From: Haliotis rubra
Taxonomy: Eukaryota
DNA length: 64,000 nucleotides
Direction: 5' to 3'
Assembly: GCF_003918875.1 (NCBI RefSeq)
Contig: NW_025765814.1
Span: 1,488,001-1,552,000, forward strand
Of the stretch, positions 13,201 through 26,842 are shown piece by piece (position 1 is the first letter of the stretch; each line of letters begins with the position of its first letter). Under the pieces are notes generated by a model. The model searched no databases. It was not told the origin of the DNA and saw only the letters and a list, made by a program, of their open reading frames with translations. The translations under genes were made by a program, and so were the position numbers.

Positions 13201-16200
13201 GAGTAAAAACATTGTTAGGAAGGGGATATCAATATTGTCAGTTGGGTAATTGGAAAAGAGACTGATTATGTGAGTCGAATCAATTCTGCCTGAACCATGT
13301 AATCATAACTGAATACTGCCCCATACTTACACTGACCATGCCTATCAATATCCACTGACCAATGTTTGCTGGAACCAATTCTAATAATCCACATATCAAA
13401 CTAACTCCAAGACAAACAAATTTCTAAAGGCCTAAATCTATACTGAGGCACTCAAGATAAGAACATCTTTTAGCCATACTTCAAAAGAATAGCATTCCAG
13501 CATGAAGCAAAAATGACAGTCAATACTGTCAGCGGTTCTGGTGATCCTGGAGCAGCAGCAGCAGCAGCAATAGATGGCCTCCTTGCCAGACACTGTGTTG
13601 ACAGTCAATGGCAATGGATTTTCAATGTGGAGACAATAGAACTCTTGTGTGTCTACAGTTCTGTCCACACAGCATGGCAGAGATATTGTGTTCTCCATAC
13701 ATGACGGTCCGCAAAACACATAGCTGTGCACCTGAAACCCCTGGCAGTCAATGCCCATGTTGGATGAGGCGACCCAAAGGTAAACCACCGCAACCTAATG
13801 CTGGATATTGGTCCGTCTGGTAATTCAAGGCACACTTCAGGATTGGTGAACAAATTTATCCGTACACTTTGCCGCACCTTTGAGCAATCAGAAAGTTTTC
13901 GCAAAAATTTGGATGCAAAATAAATTGAACTGCATCTCCACAAATGCAAATTTGTTTCCCTGACAAGGATCCCTTACAAGATGAAGTTCCAACAGAGACG
14001 GCCAGAGATATCACATGACCTGTGTCACGTGATTGCCCTGGTGTATCGACCTGACACTCACACTCAGACAAGACTGCCAACTCAGGGGAACTCTTAAAAA
14101 CCATTGAAATTAAAAAGACAGAATTGTTTTTGAATGTCTCTCTTATATTGAGTATTTCCATTAAAAGCATATAATTCCATGGCGAAATTCATTTGAACAC
14201 CTCATATACCAAACATAGAAACTGTCCGCTCAGTCTTCACTGCAAAAAAACATAACCATCCCCCCCAAAAAGAAAATATTCATGATTCCCTATTTTATTC
14301 AGGATATTAAAAAATGGACAATAATAACAATCCCATATTACATAGTAAGTGTACATGTACATGTTTGTGATATCGATCTCACAAAATAATTCTTTTGAAA
14401 TACATGAATGTATCCCAACCATTAAGTATGAAATTATGAACACAGTTGGTTTGGAAGGTGAAGCTGACACACTGCAACAAAACAATTAGTATTGCAACTT
14501 TTTTCGTAACATCTGGCAAATTGGACATGAAAATCAAATTATGTTGTTCAGTGTATTTAGACATGAGATAAACAATAATATCATTTGAATCTCGTTCAGT
14601 TTGTTCTGAGATTGAACTGAGCACAAACACAAATTTTTCAGATTTTAAGCTGACACTGCTTATGCATCCTCAGAGCGTTTCCAGACACTTTGATAAAACT
14701 TTTTCTCAACACAAGATATCTGCAGACAACAAGACTGCAACCAAGTCCTAACTCTTGAAATAAAGTGCTACCCGTACAGGTCATCAACCAACACTACATA
14801 TTTGCAAGCAACCTCTACCCACATCAACATTAGAACCACAATAGCTCCTGAGAAGACTACTGTTCGCTGAAAACATTCCGTCTTCAACAAAAATTCAAAC
14901 CACAACGCAGCACTAAACAGACAAGTTCTAAGCAGCATTGAACTACCTATTGAAGAAAATGGGTCAAACGGTGGAGCTTTAACAAGCAGTTTACCAATAC
15001 AGGTCCTCTAATCACTACCCACACAACACTGTCAACCAAGCCTGACAAGAACCCACTCCCTGGCTGTCGGCCACTCCGCGGACTCAGTTAGTTGTTATAT
15101 AAAGAGGGGAACACCTCACATAAGTATCTTACACAACACTTTATCATGTGTGACTGCACTCTGTTTTATTGTTTCTTGTATCCGTGAAACACTTGACTGC
15201 TTCTGACAAAACAGCTTACCATAACTAAACTACTCTTATGCATAAAGCGTGATAGAATGTTACAGCATAGAGTTCCTCTGTTCCCACTTTAGGACTCAAC
15301 CCTAACATTTTTAGGAACAGTTTTATCAATTACATGTAAACATGGCATTATTCTATGCACTGAAGGTGCTAAATTTGAGGTAATAATTACATTCCAAGGA
15401 CAATAAAAATTGGAAAAAAAATCATTTAAGTAACCTATAGTGTTTATGACCTATGGGACCTATCACTGTTAAGTTGACACACTCAGTATCCTATCTAGTA
15501 TCCAGCTACACTTTTCATGATATTTAGAACAAGCTGCATATAAATGCTTTTAAAACAATCTGGAATTTAACTGAATTTAATGGGAAATGTGTGACAGTTA
15601 GGCAAGTCTTGATGTCAGACTGGCAGCTCCTGATGTCCAATGTTGAAGCATGTCTGTGACAGTTACATTCAAGCAAGTCTGTTGAGAAGGAGGGCTATTG
15701 ATCTGGGACAGCAACCCTTCTGTAATTGATTAGCTTGAGGTATCGAGGAGGATCCATCAATATTTCATCCATTTAATGCAGTGATACGACAAAAGAGGCA
15801 TATTCTAAGACACTTTCTTGTATAGCCAAGGCTTTAATACGTGCAATGTAATCAAGTAGGATATTTTATTGATATTAAAAGGTTAAATGTTTTGGTTCTG
15901 TGAATCAAAATTTGATGTGTTTCACGTTTGGGGTTTTCCCTCTAATGGTCAGTGGTGCCATTAGTTGCTGGACACCGTTGAGTGTCTTTATACCTTATAT
16001 CATTATAAGCGTAACTGGTGACATTAAAGGCTGGTCACCTCAGTGTGACACAAGACAAGGGGGTCAGTGTTGATCCTAGGTTTTTGTTCTCCAGACATGA
16101 TCAGATGACACTTCAGGTTTAGCCCAAACAGGTCTTGGTAAAACAGTTTAAAACCCTAGACTCTCTCACAATGCAGAAAATACATCTCCTTCCCGCTGTA

Positions 16201-16784
16201 GTGTACACAGTCGCTGTCACACAAAACTGCATCATAGGACGACATGTGTGATTTTTCATATCAAAATACTGAGAGAAATTCAATACCTGAACATGTGTTA
16301 CTTCTATTGGCGTTATTGAATCTAATACGTTCATGCTCTGGTTCTCTGTCAACACTTGACTGGCCAATTACCTCTTTCACCTGTGCAAGACCACTTAATA
16401 TGAAGGGGTACCCCCTGTGTTATAGAGGTATGTGCAGTGATGCGCTAACTTGCTATCACTGGTGGAATGCTGGCTAGAATCTACTGTGCCGTCAACCCGC
16501 TACGCTCTCGCCCCATCTAAGCTGTTTGCCAACTTGGCACTGCTCTCAGTTCAACCGACGAACATCAAGACAAAATGACTGAAATCATCACATGTGATCA
16601 ATTGGACAATTCAGCAACAAATTTCAAATGTGTCATTTTGACCTCAGATGTGACATCATTCATGTCATTCAAATTATAGAAGGCGCGTAAATAAGACAAC
16701 CGTGAACTTTCTGTCCGATTTGTCACCATTCCAACTCAAGAGTCCCACGATTGCTAAAACACAAACCGAAAAGAGACAACTTAC

Positions 16785-16950
16785 CTCAGCAGTATATCCG
16801 TTCGCGTACTTCAATTTGCAATGATATTCCACGTGTTAGGTGCAACATGCACTATCCTTTCAGCCACACCTTCCAATTCAAGTCGTGTAGCGAGATCCGT
16901 ATCACTGAGTAATGGCTGGTCGTCTCACCTGTCGCAGACGGCTACCTGTC
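16785..16950 (-). other. Probable non-coding first exon of a minus-strand gene continuing leftwards out of the window
   Basis: Consensus donor CTGAG|GTAAGT (ACTTAC at 16779-16784); locally CpG-rich; only a short uORF (MLHLTRGISLQIEVRERIYC*); 1-16.7 kb looks intron-like. 5' boundary approximate. Confidence 0.5.
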
Positions 16951-16958
16951 AGTCGACA

Positions 16959-16973
16959 CAGCGCACCTAGCGG
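16959..16973 (-). promoter_or_regulatory. CTCF-like motif in putative promoter
   Basis: CCGCTAGGTGCGCTG resembles the CTCF core CCGCNAGGTGGCGC; sits just upstream of the candidate first exon. Confidence 0.35.
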
Positions 16974-17530
16974 CAAAAACGTAAACTATTTGCTGGGCGG
17001 TGCTGTGTGGGACATTCATACCTTGACCTGAGATAATGGGACAACGGAGAATGGCTTGCTTTGTGGCAGAGAAACCAAACTGTTTGCTAACCGCAAAAAT
17101 TGTATTTGTTTATTTTAAGCATAGGAGAAAGTGCGACATTATTATATTTGAACATGTCGTTGCAACATCGCGGTTTTTCAGTTGTTTGTACTTTTATTGA
17201 CATTTTTTCCAGGCTTGTAAGTGTATTCTAGATTATAACGGGACTTGATTTCATGTCTCTACTTTTATTTGCTTTACCGATAAAGAAATGTCATTTGGTG
17301 CATATTTAACTTCAAATTCGAATTTAATTGCGTCGTATTAGTTGTATGGCGATTTATCTGTTTAACTTAGTTTTGTGTAAATTTTTAACCAAAAATACCC
17401 ACATTTATGAGCGGAACAATATCAATTATGTTTTTCTATCTGGTGCCTATACGTTTTCGAAAGAAATCATTTTAAGAAAACAAGGTTACTGATTAAAAAG
17501 GAAAAATACGAAGTTGCTTTCCTCCGCGTG

Positions 17531-18673
17531 GACCCGTGAAGATCGAGGTTATATTGGTCTTCAGTAACCATTTAACAATTGTCGTAAGAGGCAACTAACG
17601 GGATCGGGTGGTCGGGCTCGCGGACTTGGTTGACACGTGTCATCGTATCCCAGTTGCGTAGATCGATGCTCATGATGTTGATCACCGGATTGTCTGGTCC
17701 AGACTCGATTATTTACAGACCGCCACAATATAGCTGGAATATTGCTGAGCGCGGCGCAAAACTAAACTCACTCACTCACTCACTTTACAAAACGTGATGC
17801 AAATAGATACTTGTAGAGGCGGCCGTAATACACCCGTGAAGATCTGGGTTAGAATTGATCTTCAGTAACCCATGCTTGTCGTAAGAGGCGACTAACGGGA
17901 TCGGGTGGTCAGCTTCGCTGACTTGGTTGACACATGTCACCGGTTCCCAGTTGCGCAGGTCGATGCTCATGCTGTTGATCACTGGAGTGTCTGGTCCAGA
18001 CTCGATTATTTACAGACCGCCACCATATAGCTGGAATATTGCTGAGTGCGGCGTAAAACTAAACTCACTCACTCACTCACTTTACAAAACGTGATGCAAA
18101 TAGATACTTGTAGAGGCGGCCGTAATACACCCGTGAAGATCTGGGTTAGAATTGATCTTCAGTAACCCATGCTTGTCGTAAGAGGCGACTAACGGGATCG
18201 GGTGGTCAGCTTCGCTGAGTTGGTTGACACATGTCACCGGTTCCCAGTTGCGCAGGTCGATGCTCATGCTGTTGATCACTGGAGTGTCTGGTCCAGACTC
18301 GATTATTTACAGACCGCCACCATATAGCTGGAATATTGCTGAGTGCGGCGTAAAACTAAACTCACTCACTCACTCACTTTACAAAACGTGATGCAAATAG
18401 ATACTTGTAGAGGCGGCCGTAATACACCCGTGAAGATCTGGGTTAGAATTGATCTTCAGTAACCCATGCTTGTCGTAAGAGGCGACTAACGGGATCGGGT
18501 GGTCAGCTTCGCTGACTTGGTTGACACATGTCACCGGTTCCCAGTTGCGCAGGTCGATGCTCATGCTGTTGATCACTGGAGTGTCTGGTCCAGACTCGAT
18601 TATTTACAGACCGCCACCATATAGTTGGAATATTGCCGAGTGCGGCGTTAAACAGCAAATCAACTAAACCAAG
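17531..18673 (+). mobile_element. F1 SINE tandem array (four SINE bodies, 297-bp period) inside one target-site duplication
   Basis: TSD TCCTCCGCGTG at 17520-17530 and 18674-18684; near-identical units at 297-bp spacing (track ORFs at 17785, 18082, 18379). Confidence 0.9.
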
Positions 18674-19300
18674 TCCTCCGCGTGTATTTTCCTGCATGGT
18701 TTTAATGGATTTCGATTTTCAGTAATTCGTTCATACCTCGCGCACGGTATAATTATGTTGATTACCCGAGGAGGGACAGCTCATACGTGCTGTAATTAAT
18801 TGTTAATTAAGACACGAGACACCTGGATCTGCAAAATATCTGTTCAAAATCAATTTTAAGACATAAACCAAACAGACGGTTTCTTTTGACTGTTTTCCTT
18901 TTGCTTTGTTCATTGTTTCCTGGTCTGGGGTTTGAGCTGTCAGACTGAACGCAGTATTTTTAATATAAAAATTAAAATACAGCAACAAAAGCTGTCTGCT
19001 AGTAGTTACAATTACAGGTTGTCATAGGGGAGGGTGATGAGTATGACTCAATGCAGCCACATGGACCGTCTGAATATTATGTTTTTTGTTTTGTTATCTG
19101 TTGGGTAGCGCCGCACTCAGCAATTTTCCAGGTAAGTGACAGCAGTCTGTAAATAATCGAGTCTGGAGCAGACAATCCAGTGATCAACAGCATGTGCATC
19201 GATCTACGCAGTTGGGATACGATGGTATATGTCAACCAAGTCAGCGAGCCCGACCACCCGATCCCGTTAGTCGCCTCTTACGACAAGCATGGGTTACTGT

Positions 19301-19461
19301 ACACAGGGGCTTGTCACACTTAGAAACAGAGTTAGAAAGACATAGGTATATAGACCCAAACTTAGTACTATATAAAAGGACCTTTTATATAGTACGAGGT
19401 TTGGGTCTATATACCTATATGTCTTTCTAACGCTGTTTCTAAGTGTGACAAGCCCCTGTGT
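19301..19461. mobile_element. Near-perfect 160-bp palindromic (fold-back/MITE) insertion within an F1 SINE
   Basis: ACACAGGGGCTTGTCACACTTAGAAACAG ... CTGTTTCTAAGTGTGACAAGCCCCTGTGT; SINE sequence GTTACTG repeated at both sides. Confidence 0.8.
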
Positions 19462-21394
19462 TACTGAAGACCAATTCATATACACTTCCCATGAAAACGT
19501 AAACAATGGTAGATGTTTGGTTTGTCGATATTTAGTAAGTGTTGGGTGGAAGTAGAGCGAGGAAGGTAATGTGAAGTGGAGTTTATTGTGCATCTGCGTG
19601 CGTGTCTGTGTCATCTGTCATGACGCCGGGGATCGAACCTCCGACTTCCGCTCTCCAGCAAACGCTCAACCCACTATGCCAAGGAAGCGGTTAGAGCGGG
19701 AGGAGGGTGGTATGTGGGGTGGATCAGGGCAGTCCACGAGGATGCTTAAACGTTACTGAGCCCGGGAGGGTAAGTGGTTACATGTTTGCTCTCCACAGAT
19801 GACCCTCAGTATATATGTTATGTACATATGCATTATCGCCACACCCATGTCTTCAACACAGCATGGGTGCACAGGCTATCATACACTCAAGAAGTGGGTT
19901 ATCTGCAGCTTGACTCCATATAGGTCAAGTCGGCATAAGCGCAGTTTTCTATATGCAGTATATACTTGGTTTAAACGAAACCAAAGGAGGTTGTAAACGT
20001 GAGTTCATTTTGCCTTCAGTTTAGTTTAAACCTGTGAAGATTTAATAGGATACATTAGAAGTAGCCTTCCTCCGTTAAAGATCCGGGTTAGAATTGGTCT
20101 TCAGCAACCCATGCTTGTCGTAAGAGGCAACTAACGAGATCGGGTGGTCAGGCTCGCTGACCTGGTTGACACATGTCATCGTATCCCATTTGCGTAGATC
20201 GATTCTCACGATGTTGATCACTGGATTGTCTGGTCAAGACTTTTTTTTTAATTTTTATTTTTTTTTGAATCTCAACCATCCAGGTCCAGACTTGATTATT
20301 TAAAGACCGTCGCCATACAGCTGGAATATTGCTGTGTGTGGCATAAAACTAAACTCACTCACCCACCCTTTAGGTTAAGATCTGGACGTTGTATTTTTGC
20401 TTGTACCAAACGTTACCGACTGCTGTACGGAGACGCGCACCGAACTACAACCTGTGCAGCAAACTGGTGAGTCCATCGGACAATGATAAGAAGAAAATAC
20501 ATTTCAAATTTAAAACACACGAATAAAAAAAATAAGAGTATTTATTAAATATACAGCAACAAGAGCATGCAGTACAGAGGCAGCTAAGATGGTTTACACG
20601 ATAGAACAGGACATGACATTAATGCAATATTTTTATTATTTCATATTATAGGATATTTATATAGCGCACATATCCACGCACTAGTGCATGCTCAAGGCGC
20701 TGGTATTTTATAGCAATGATTAAATTATAGCAATGATTATAAGAATATATCAAACTGATGACGTTGTGACGGAATTCATAATGTTTAATATTATACGTAC
20801 GTTTCAACATAATCACCAATTCTATTTACACGATATTCGATGAACCACTATTTTGAATGTGTATTTCAACAATTTGAGAATTTCAGGGAAAAATTTGTTT
20901 TTGGAGTTTTTGCGAGATAGTTAATTAGTATGTGTGTATGCATAGGTTATCTGGTGATCCTAGTGGTTAAAAGTCATACCTGGGTTCGATTCTCCAGTTG
21001 CGTCTGATGTGTGAGGCCCACTTCGTGTGTTCCCCGATTAGTATTGCTGGAATAATGCTAAAAGCGGGCTAAAACCCGATCACTCTCTCTGTACAACTGG
21101 GCTTGGCTACGCTTAACACAGTTCGTGTGTGATCATAATTCAGCTGTTATGTCATGAAAAAATATCTATACAATACGTCATGTTACATGAAGTACAACCG
21201 TAAAGATTTAATCACTTAGTTGTTACATGTACCTGCTTGTACGATTTGATAAGTTAAAGGTGTCCGGCCGCATTTGATTGTTCTAACCTGCCATAAACTA
21301 TACTAGGACAATAAAAAGTACATTAACACTGAATCCCCCCTACCTACAAACGCCCCCAAACAAAAGAAACACGCACAAAAAAAAAAACACCCCC

Positions 21395-21532
21395 NNNNNN
21401 NNNNNNNNNNNNNNNNNNNNNNNNNNNNNNNNNNNNNNNNNNNNNNNNNNNNNNNNNNNNNNNNNNNNNNNNNNNNNNNNNNNNNNNNNNNNNNNNNNNN
21501 NNNNNNNNNNNNNNNNNNNNNNNNNNNNNNNN
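21395..21532. other. Assembly gap in A/C-rich low-complexity tract
   Basis: N run flanked by (AAAAC)-like sequence. Confidence 0.95.
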
Positions 21533-23902
21533 AAATAAAACCACAACACAAAAACCCCAAAAGATTAAACAAAATTAAAACAAAAAAACAAAACAAAACA
21601 CACTAACCAAAACAACAAATACAAAAGAAAAAACAAAACTAAACGCACACACCCAAAACATATAGTATGGAAAAAACACCCCAAAAAACCACCCACCAAC
21701 AAAGCGGTTCATATGGAGCTTTTTTTATACCAACAAAGAAGGAAAACAATCCTTCTTACTTGCTTTAAGCCACGGTTTTACCATGTATTGACAGTCCATT
21801 ATCAGGTGGTGAGGGCCTGTGGCCATCCATGCCCTATGATTCAGCGTGATTGCGCTGTATCATCTTTGTTATTTATTATAATTAATTACAAAGATTGAAT
21901 CATAAGTGTCAATAATTATATATACCTTGAACAATAATAATAAAACAGTAATCACAGTAACCATCATCGTTATTATTGTTATTATTCCATTAAGATGAGT
22001 CTCCATGTTTCTGATGTTGTTCAACACAAATATCGGAGGTAGGGTTTAGCTTGCTACACAAATTTAAGATTTCTTTCTACAAAGTTTTCAACACGATTTC
22101 ACAGAAAGACGACACATTCCTTGTAGTCCTTAACATGCTTAATGGATAAAGTTATTAGCTGTCAAATTAACACCGCAGCGATGAGTGTGACTATTACAAA
22201 AGTTAATTTTTTGTGTGTTAAATATTTTAACCCCTCGCGAGGAGTTTGGCCACGCGTCAGCACAGCCTGGGGGTACAGCGCTGGGAGATAAGGAAGATAC
22301 TGCTTCGTCATGTCTGTGGTCTGTCATGTTCGTGCCTACACACTGTATTGCTGGCATTAAGCATGCAGGTGAACTGTCAGCATGTCAACACTTGCCGTAA
22401 GCAAAGAAGAATTTATGGCGAGACATTTTCACTGATTCGTTTTGCTCAATAACTCGTTAAGATGCCTTTCAACTTGATGAGCGTGACGTAAGCTTGGTCC
22501 ATGAGACATCACGTACATAGCGTATTCATGATAGGAATGCCAGAGTAAGAACTGTTTATTAAAAGACAGTATATACTTAAAATTGGATCTAATCAAATAA
22601 AGTACAAACGAGACAAGGGCTGAAAGGTCACAGAAACCAGGTCTGATTTAACCCAGGTAGTGACTGTACACTGTTGTTTTTTTGTTTAACGCCGCGCTCA
22701 GCTATATGGCGATGTTCTGTTAATAATCGAGTCTGGACCAGAAAATCCAGTGATCTACATCATGAGCATGGATCATAAGCATCGATACGATGACATGTGT
22801 CAACAAAGTTAGCGAGCCTGACCACCCGGTCTTACGACGAGCATGGGTTGCTGAAGATCAACTCTTACCCGGGTCTTTACGGATATACTATACATGGAAG
22901 CATGGGAACCGACTCTGGAAAGCCGTTTTTTTATATAAAATGGGAGCTTATGTGTATAATATATACTGAAAGGTATGTAGGTTCTTGTGGTTTGTTAACC
23001 CCGAACGATCTCCATTCGGAGCATATATTCCAATGGGAGTGACACAGCCTGGTCAAAGTAATGGTTCCAATGTTTGACTGCTTGACTGGTATCTCGTCTC
23101 TATATATGCATCAAGTTGTTTCTGATATAAACTGAAGGATTCATGTGTATTGACTCCAGACAGAGGACACCAACTGTTTGTTCCGTTCATAATTTAAACA
23201 TTTCCAAACATATAGATCTAAACATTTTCTTGACAACGAGAGGGATTTTCTAAGATGGATACTTGTTCCCAATCCTTTTCTTGAATGAATAAAATATGTT
23301 TAAAACAAACACACCACACCACCCCGTAACGTGCATCTAACGTAATTCTCCGTCCACTTGTCTCGTGACTGGACCAGTCTATCGATGCCCAGTGATGAGT
23401 ATAGGACTACGCAAGACATGTATCATGTATCATTTATGTTGGAAGAACGCCTCGTCTCTGTTTGATACAGACAAGTAACTTGAAAAGGAGTTCCAGTGAG
23501 CTCAGAGATTCAGAAGCTGGGGAAATCTAGACTTGCTTCATCTGGACATTTTGCAGGGACTGTGAGGCACTCTACATGATGGTTGACAAGCTTCTCATGA
23601 CAAGCCTAAGGTCTTAAAGTGATGTCTCGGACAATATGACCCCCTGTTGTCTTGATTGCATGCACGACTATAAATGATACCTCAATGGTTGTCCAAAACA
23701 AAATCCTAACGTCTAACCGTCTTGCCTGTGACGCACGTGTTAGATGCACACGTGTCATCGTACACGTGTCTCAATAGCGACGTGTTTAGAAACTCAGCCT
23801 TTATAACTGTTCTGCAGGGATTTTACTGTTTCATTCCACACAGTTTACACAGTAAGTACAGACGTGCATACACTCACTGTCACCATTTCTTACTTCATTA
23901 CA

Positions 23903-24437
23903 CCCGTGAAGATCTGGGTTATAATTGGTCTTCAGTAACCCATGCTTGTCGTAAGAGGCGTCTAACGGGACCGGGTGGTCAGGCTCGCTGACTTGGTTGA
24001 CACATGTCACCGGTTCCCAATTGCGCAGATCGATGCTCATGCTGTTGATCACTGGATTGTCTGGACCAGACTCGATTATTTACAGACCGCCGCCATATAG
24101 CTGGAATATTGCTGAGTGCGGCGTAAAACTAAACTCACTCACTCACTTTACAAAACGTGATGCAAATAGATACTTGTAGAGGCGGCCGTAATACACCCGT
24201 GAAGATCTGGGTTAGAATTGATCTTCAGTAACCCATGCTTGTCGTAAGAAGCGACTAACGGGATCGGGTGGTCAGGCTCGCTGACTGGGTTGACACATGT
24301 CATTGTATCCCAACCGTGCAGATCGATGTTCATGCTGTTGATCCCTGGATTGTCTGGACTCGATTTTTTAAAGACCGCTGCCATATAGTTGGAATATTGC
24401 TGAGTGCGGCGTAAAACTCAACTCACTCACTCACTCA
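23903..24437 (+). mobile_element. F1 SINE dimer
   Basis: Two F1 copies separated by the same ~48-bp spacer as the 17.8-kb array; CATTACA at 23896-23902 and 24438-24444 looks like a TSD. Confidence 0.85.
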
Positions 24438-24555
24438 CATTACAAAACGTGATGCAAATAGATACTTGTAGAGGCGGCCGTAAAATACCAACCCCAACAA
24501 TCTTGTGACGCTCAGATTGTTGGAGCTCGTCAGTAGGACTTGAAGACACTGTCAA

Positions 24556-24786
24556 CTATGGAATCCGAGAAGGGACATTGTCGCGTTGTCGCATTGTCGC
24601 CCTCTCAAAAACAAATAAAATGAGGCAAAACAAACCAAAACGCGATACGCGACATTGCGACAATTCGACAAATGGGCGAAATGTCGCGTTGTCGCGTTTT
24701 GGTTAATTTTGCCTATTTTGTTTGTATTTGAGAGGGACAACGCGACAATGCGACAACGCGACAATGTCCCTTCCAGGATTCCATAG
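24556..24786. mobile_element. Palindromic MITE with subterminal TTGTCGC repeats
   Basis: TIRs CTATGGAATCC..AAGGGACATTGTCGCGTTGTCGC / GCGACAACGCGACAATGTCCCTT..GGATTCCATAG; TCAA on both flanks. Confidence 0.8.
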
Positions 24787-25369
24787 TCAACACAGTTACT
24801 AGCTTTAATACTGAACGTCAGCAACAAGTGTTTTCCGAAGATAGACGGAGGATGTAAAATACATCCCACCTTTTTAGATTTATTACATGAATCCCGTGAA
24901 GATCCGGGTTAGAATTGATCTTCAGTAACCCATGCTTATTAAGAGGCGACTAACGGGATCGGGTGGTCAGGCTCGCTGTCTTGGTTGACACATGTAATCG
25001 TGTCCCAGTTGCGTAGATTGGTGTTCATGCTGTTGATCACTGGATTGTCTAGCCCAGGCGTCAAACTAAACTCACTCACTCATTTATTACATGAATATCA
25101 TACAAATGTTGCCAAACAAGTAAACAATTATTGTATTTCACTAACGATGAAACACACATGGATGAACGATTTCTTTATTATACATAATTAATAAATAACT
25201 GTAGAAGCGGAAATCTGATAGCAACAAGCCCATTCGTTAAATACATATACACATGTACCGTATTTTAAAGAAATATGAAATATGAACTGGAATGACTCTC
25301 TTCTTGTGTATATGGGTATGTAAAAACATTCTTTACAGAAAAATACGTCTACATCCGTCTATTTCGAAA

Positions 25370-25530
25370 TACCTAAGGTCCTCTGAACTGTACCTCGAAA
25401 TATCCTAGGTCATCTGTACTGCACTATGAAATATCGTAGGTCCTCTGAACTGTACCTCGAAATATCTTAGGCCCTCTGAACTCCCCCTTGAACTATCTTA
25501 TGCCCTCTGCACTGTACGTCGAAACATCTG
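25370..25530 (+). repeat. ~30-bp minisatellite, about 5 degenerate units
   Basis: Unit ~TAGGTCCTCTGAACTGTACCTCGAAATATC. Confidence 0.75.
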
Positions 25531-26386
25531 CATGCTCCAAGATTCCCTTATAAACAGTTTGTGGTTTATGTGATGTTGATGTGTTATAAAGTATTCCATG
25601 CCGGATGTTTCATTCCGAACCGATGGTTACACTAAAACATATTTATTCGATATATAGACATCCCGGGCAAAAGAAACTATACACAATTGTATTGACAAAC
25701 AATTACAAACGTCATCAAAACGTTACGCCTGAAAACATTCGAAGAAATAACACACACTGCCAGCTTAAGGTAAACTAGACTTTTCTACTTGTTTTCAGAA
25801 CAACTATATCTTGTTTGCTTCATTTTAACCTAACATGGGTATAAACCTTCCTTTGCCCCTCCAGCTAGTAACGACAAAGCTCTTTGAACACCCATACGGG
25901 AACCCTGATAAGTGCAGCGTTAGCTTTGTTTCTTTCCTAAACCAGATACTATTTAATTCAGAGGTGAAGCTCACAGATATCTAAGTCTATAGTTTGTTTG
26001 CAGTGAAAACGTACCGATGAATTTCACTTTAAACAAAGAAGTAACTCGAATAAAGTTAAATGAAGATCCTCATAACTTTACCTTGTCAATTGAACATTTA
26101 AATCTCATAATTTTATTCAACCTAGCATAACAGTTGTTTAACAAACGATCATAGATTCAAATCACTATTATTTGCTTGTATTACAAAGGGGTAAGCACAT
26201 TAAATGAAACACCGAGAACAAGTAGGGTTGGTCTAAGTTAACGCTTATCACGTACCGCACGTGAATTTGTTTCACTGTTCCAACTACTGCGCTTACCCCC
26301 TTGTAATACTTTTGACTGACAATGCTGCCAGTACAAATTTTTAAAGCACTTCATCTGGAGATTCTTGAGAGGCATTTAGAAGTTGG

Positions 26387-26546
26387 TGAATATATAAGAC
26401 GAGTATATGGATGACAACTTCTTGTTTATTGTATAACACACCGTTTCTGGGCTACTTCTTGCCCCTTCTTCAGGTGATTCAATCAGAAACGTTGTGTTAT
26501 ACAATAAACAAGAAGTTGTCATCCATATACTCGTCCCATATATTCA
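26387..26546. mobile_element. Inverted-repeat element resembling a Penelope-like terminal remnant
   Basis: ~60-bp arms (GACGAGTATATGGATGACAACTTCTTGTTTATTGTATAACAC and its reverse complement) around a loop containing a hammerhead-like core on the minus strand. Confidence 0.55.
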
Positions 26547-26842
26547 TCTCTGAGTCAAACCGTCCTCTATACACGATACAAATCATATGACCGAGGCACT
26601 TGGAACCAAAAGGTGCAAAATGGGGACATACAGCATGACCATGTTTCCAGGATGTGCACACATTCACTTGTTGATACTTAAATTAAGTGATAGATTTTGA
26701 CAGATAGAGGATATACAAAAGTCTGTCCTGACCTTCAAAGGCCAAGGTAGACAGTCTTTGCATACATTACTACACCTAGCAGGGCACAACAGTCTTCAGA
26801 GTCATCATTGCCATAGGTGACATATCTTGTATAGTTCTTCAG

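Noticed and set aside
370-13340. Short ATG...GT-donor segments on minus strand (~380, ~1775, ~4668, ~8640, ~12410, ~13328) as alternative first exons
   Set aside because: Mixed phases, no recognisable protein, and the count is compatible with chance in AT-rich intron; needs RNA data
13438-14170. Cluster of 60-116 aa ORFs on both strands
   Set aside because: No recognisable domain or consistent splice structure
17833-18130. Hammerhead ribozyme in the 297-bp unit (classic retrozyme)
   Set aside because: CTGAAGA occurs on the minus strand but no stem II-GAAA follows; the + strand lacks CUGANGA
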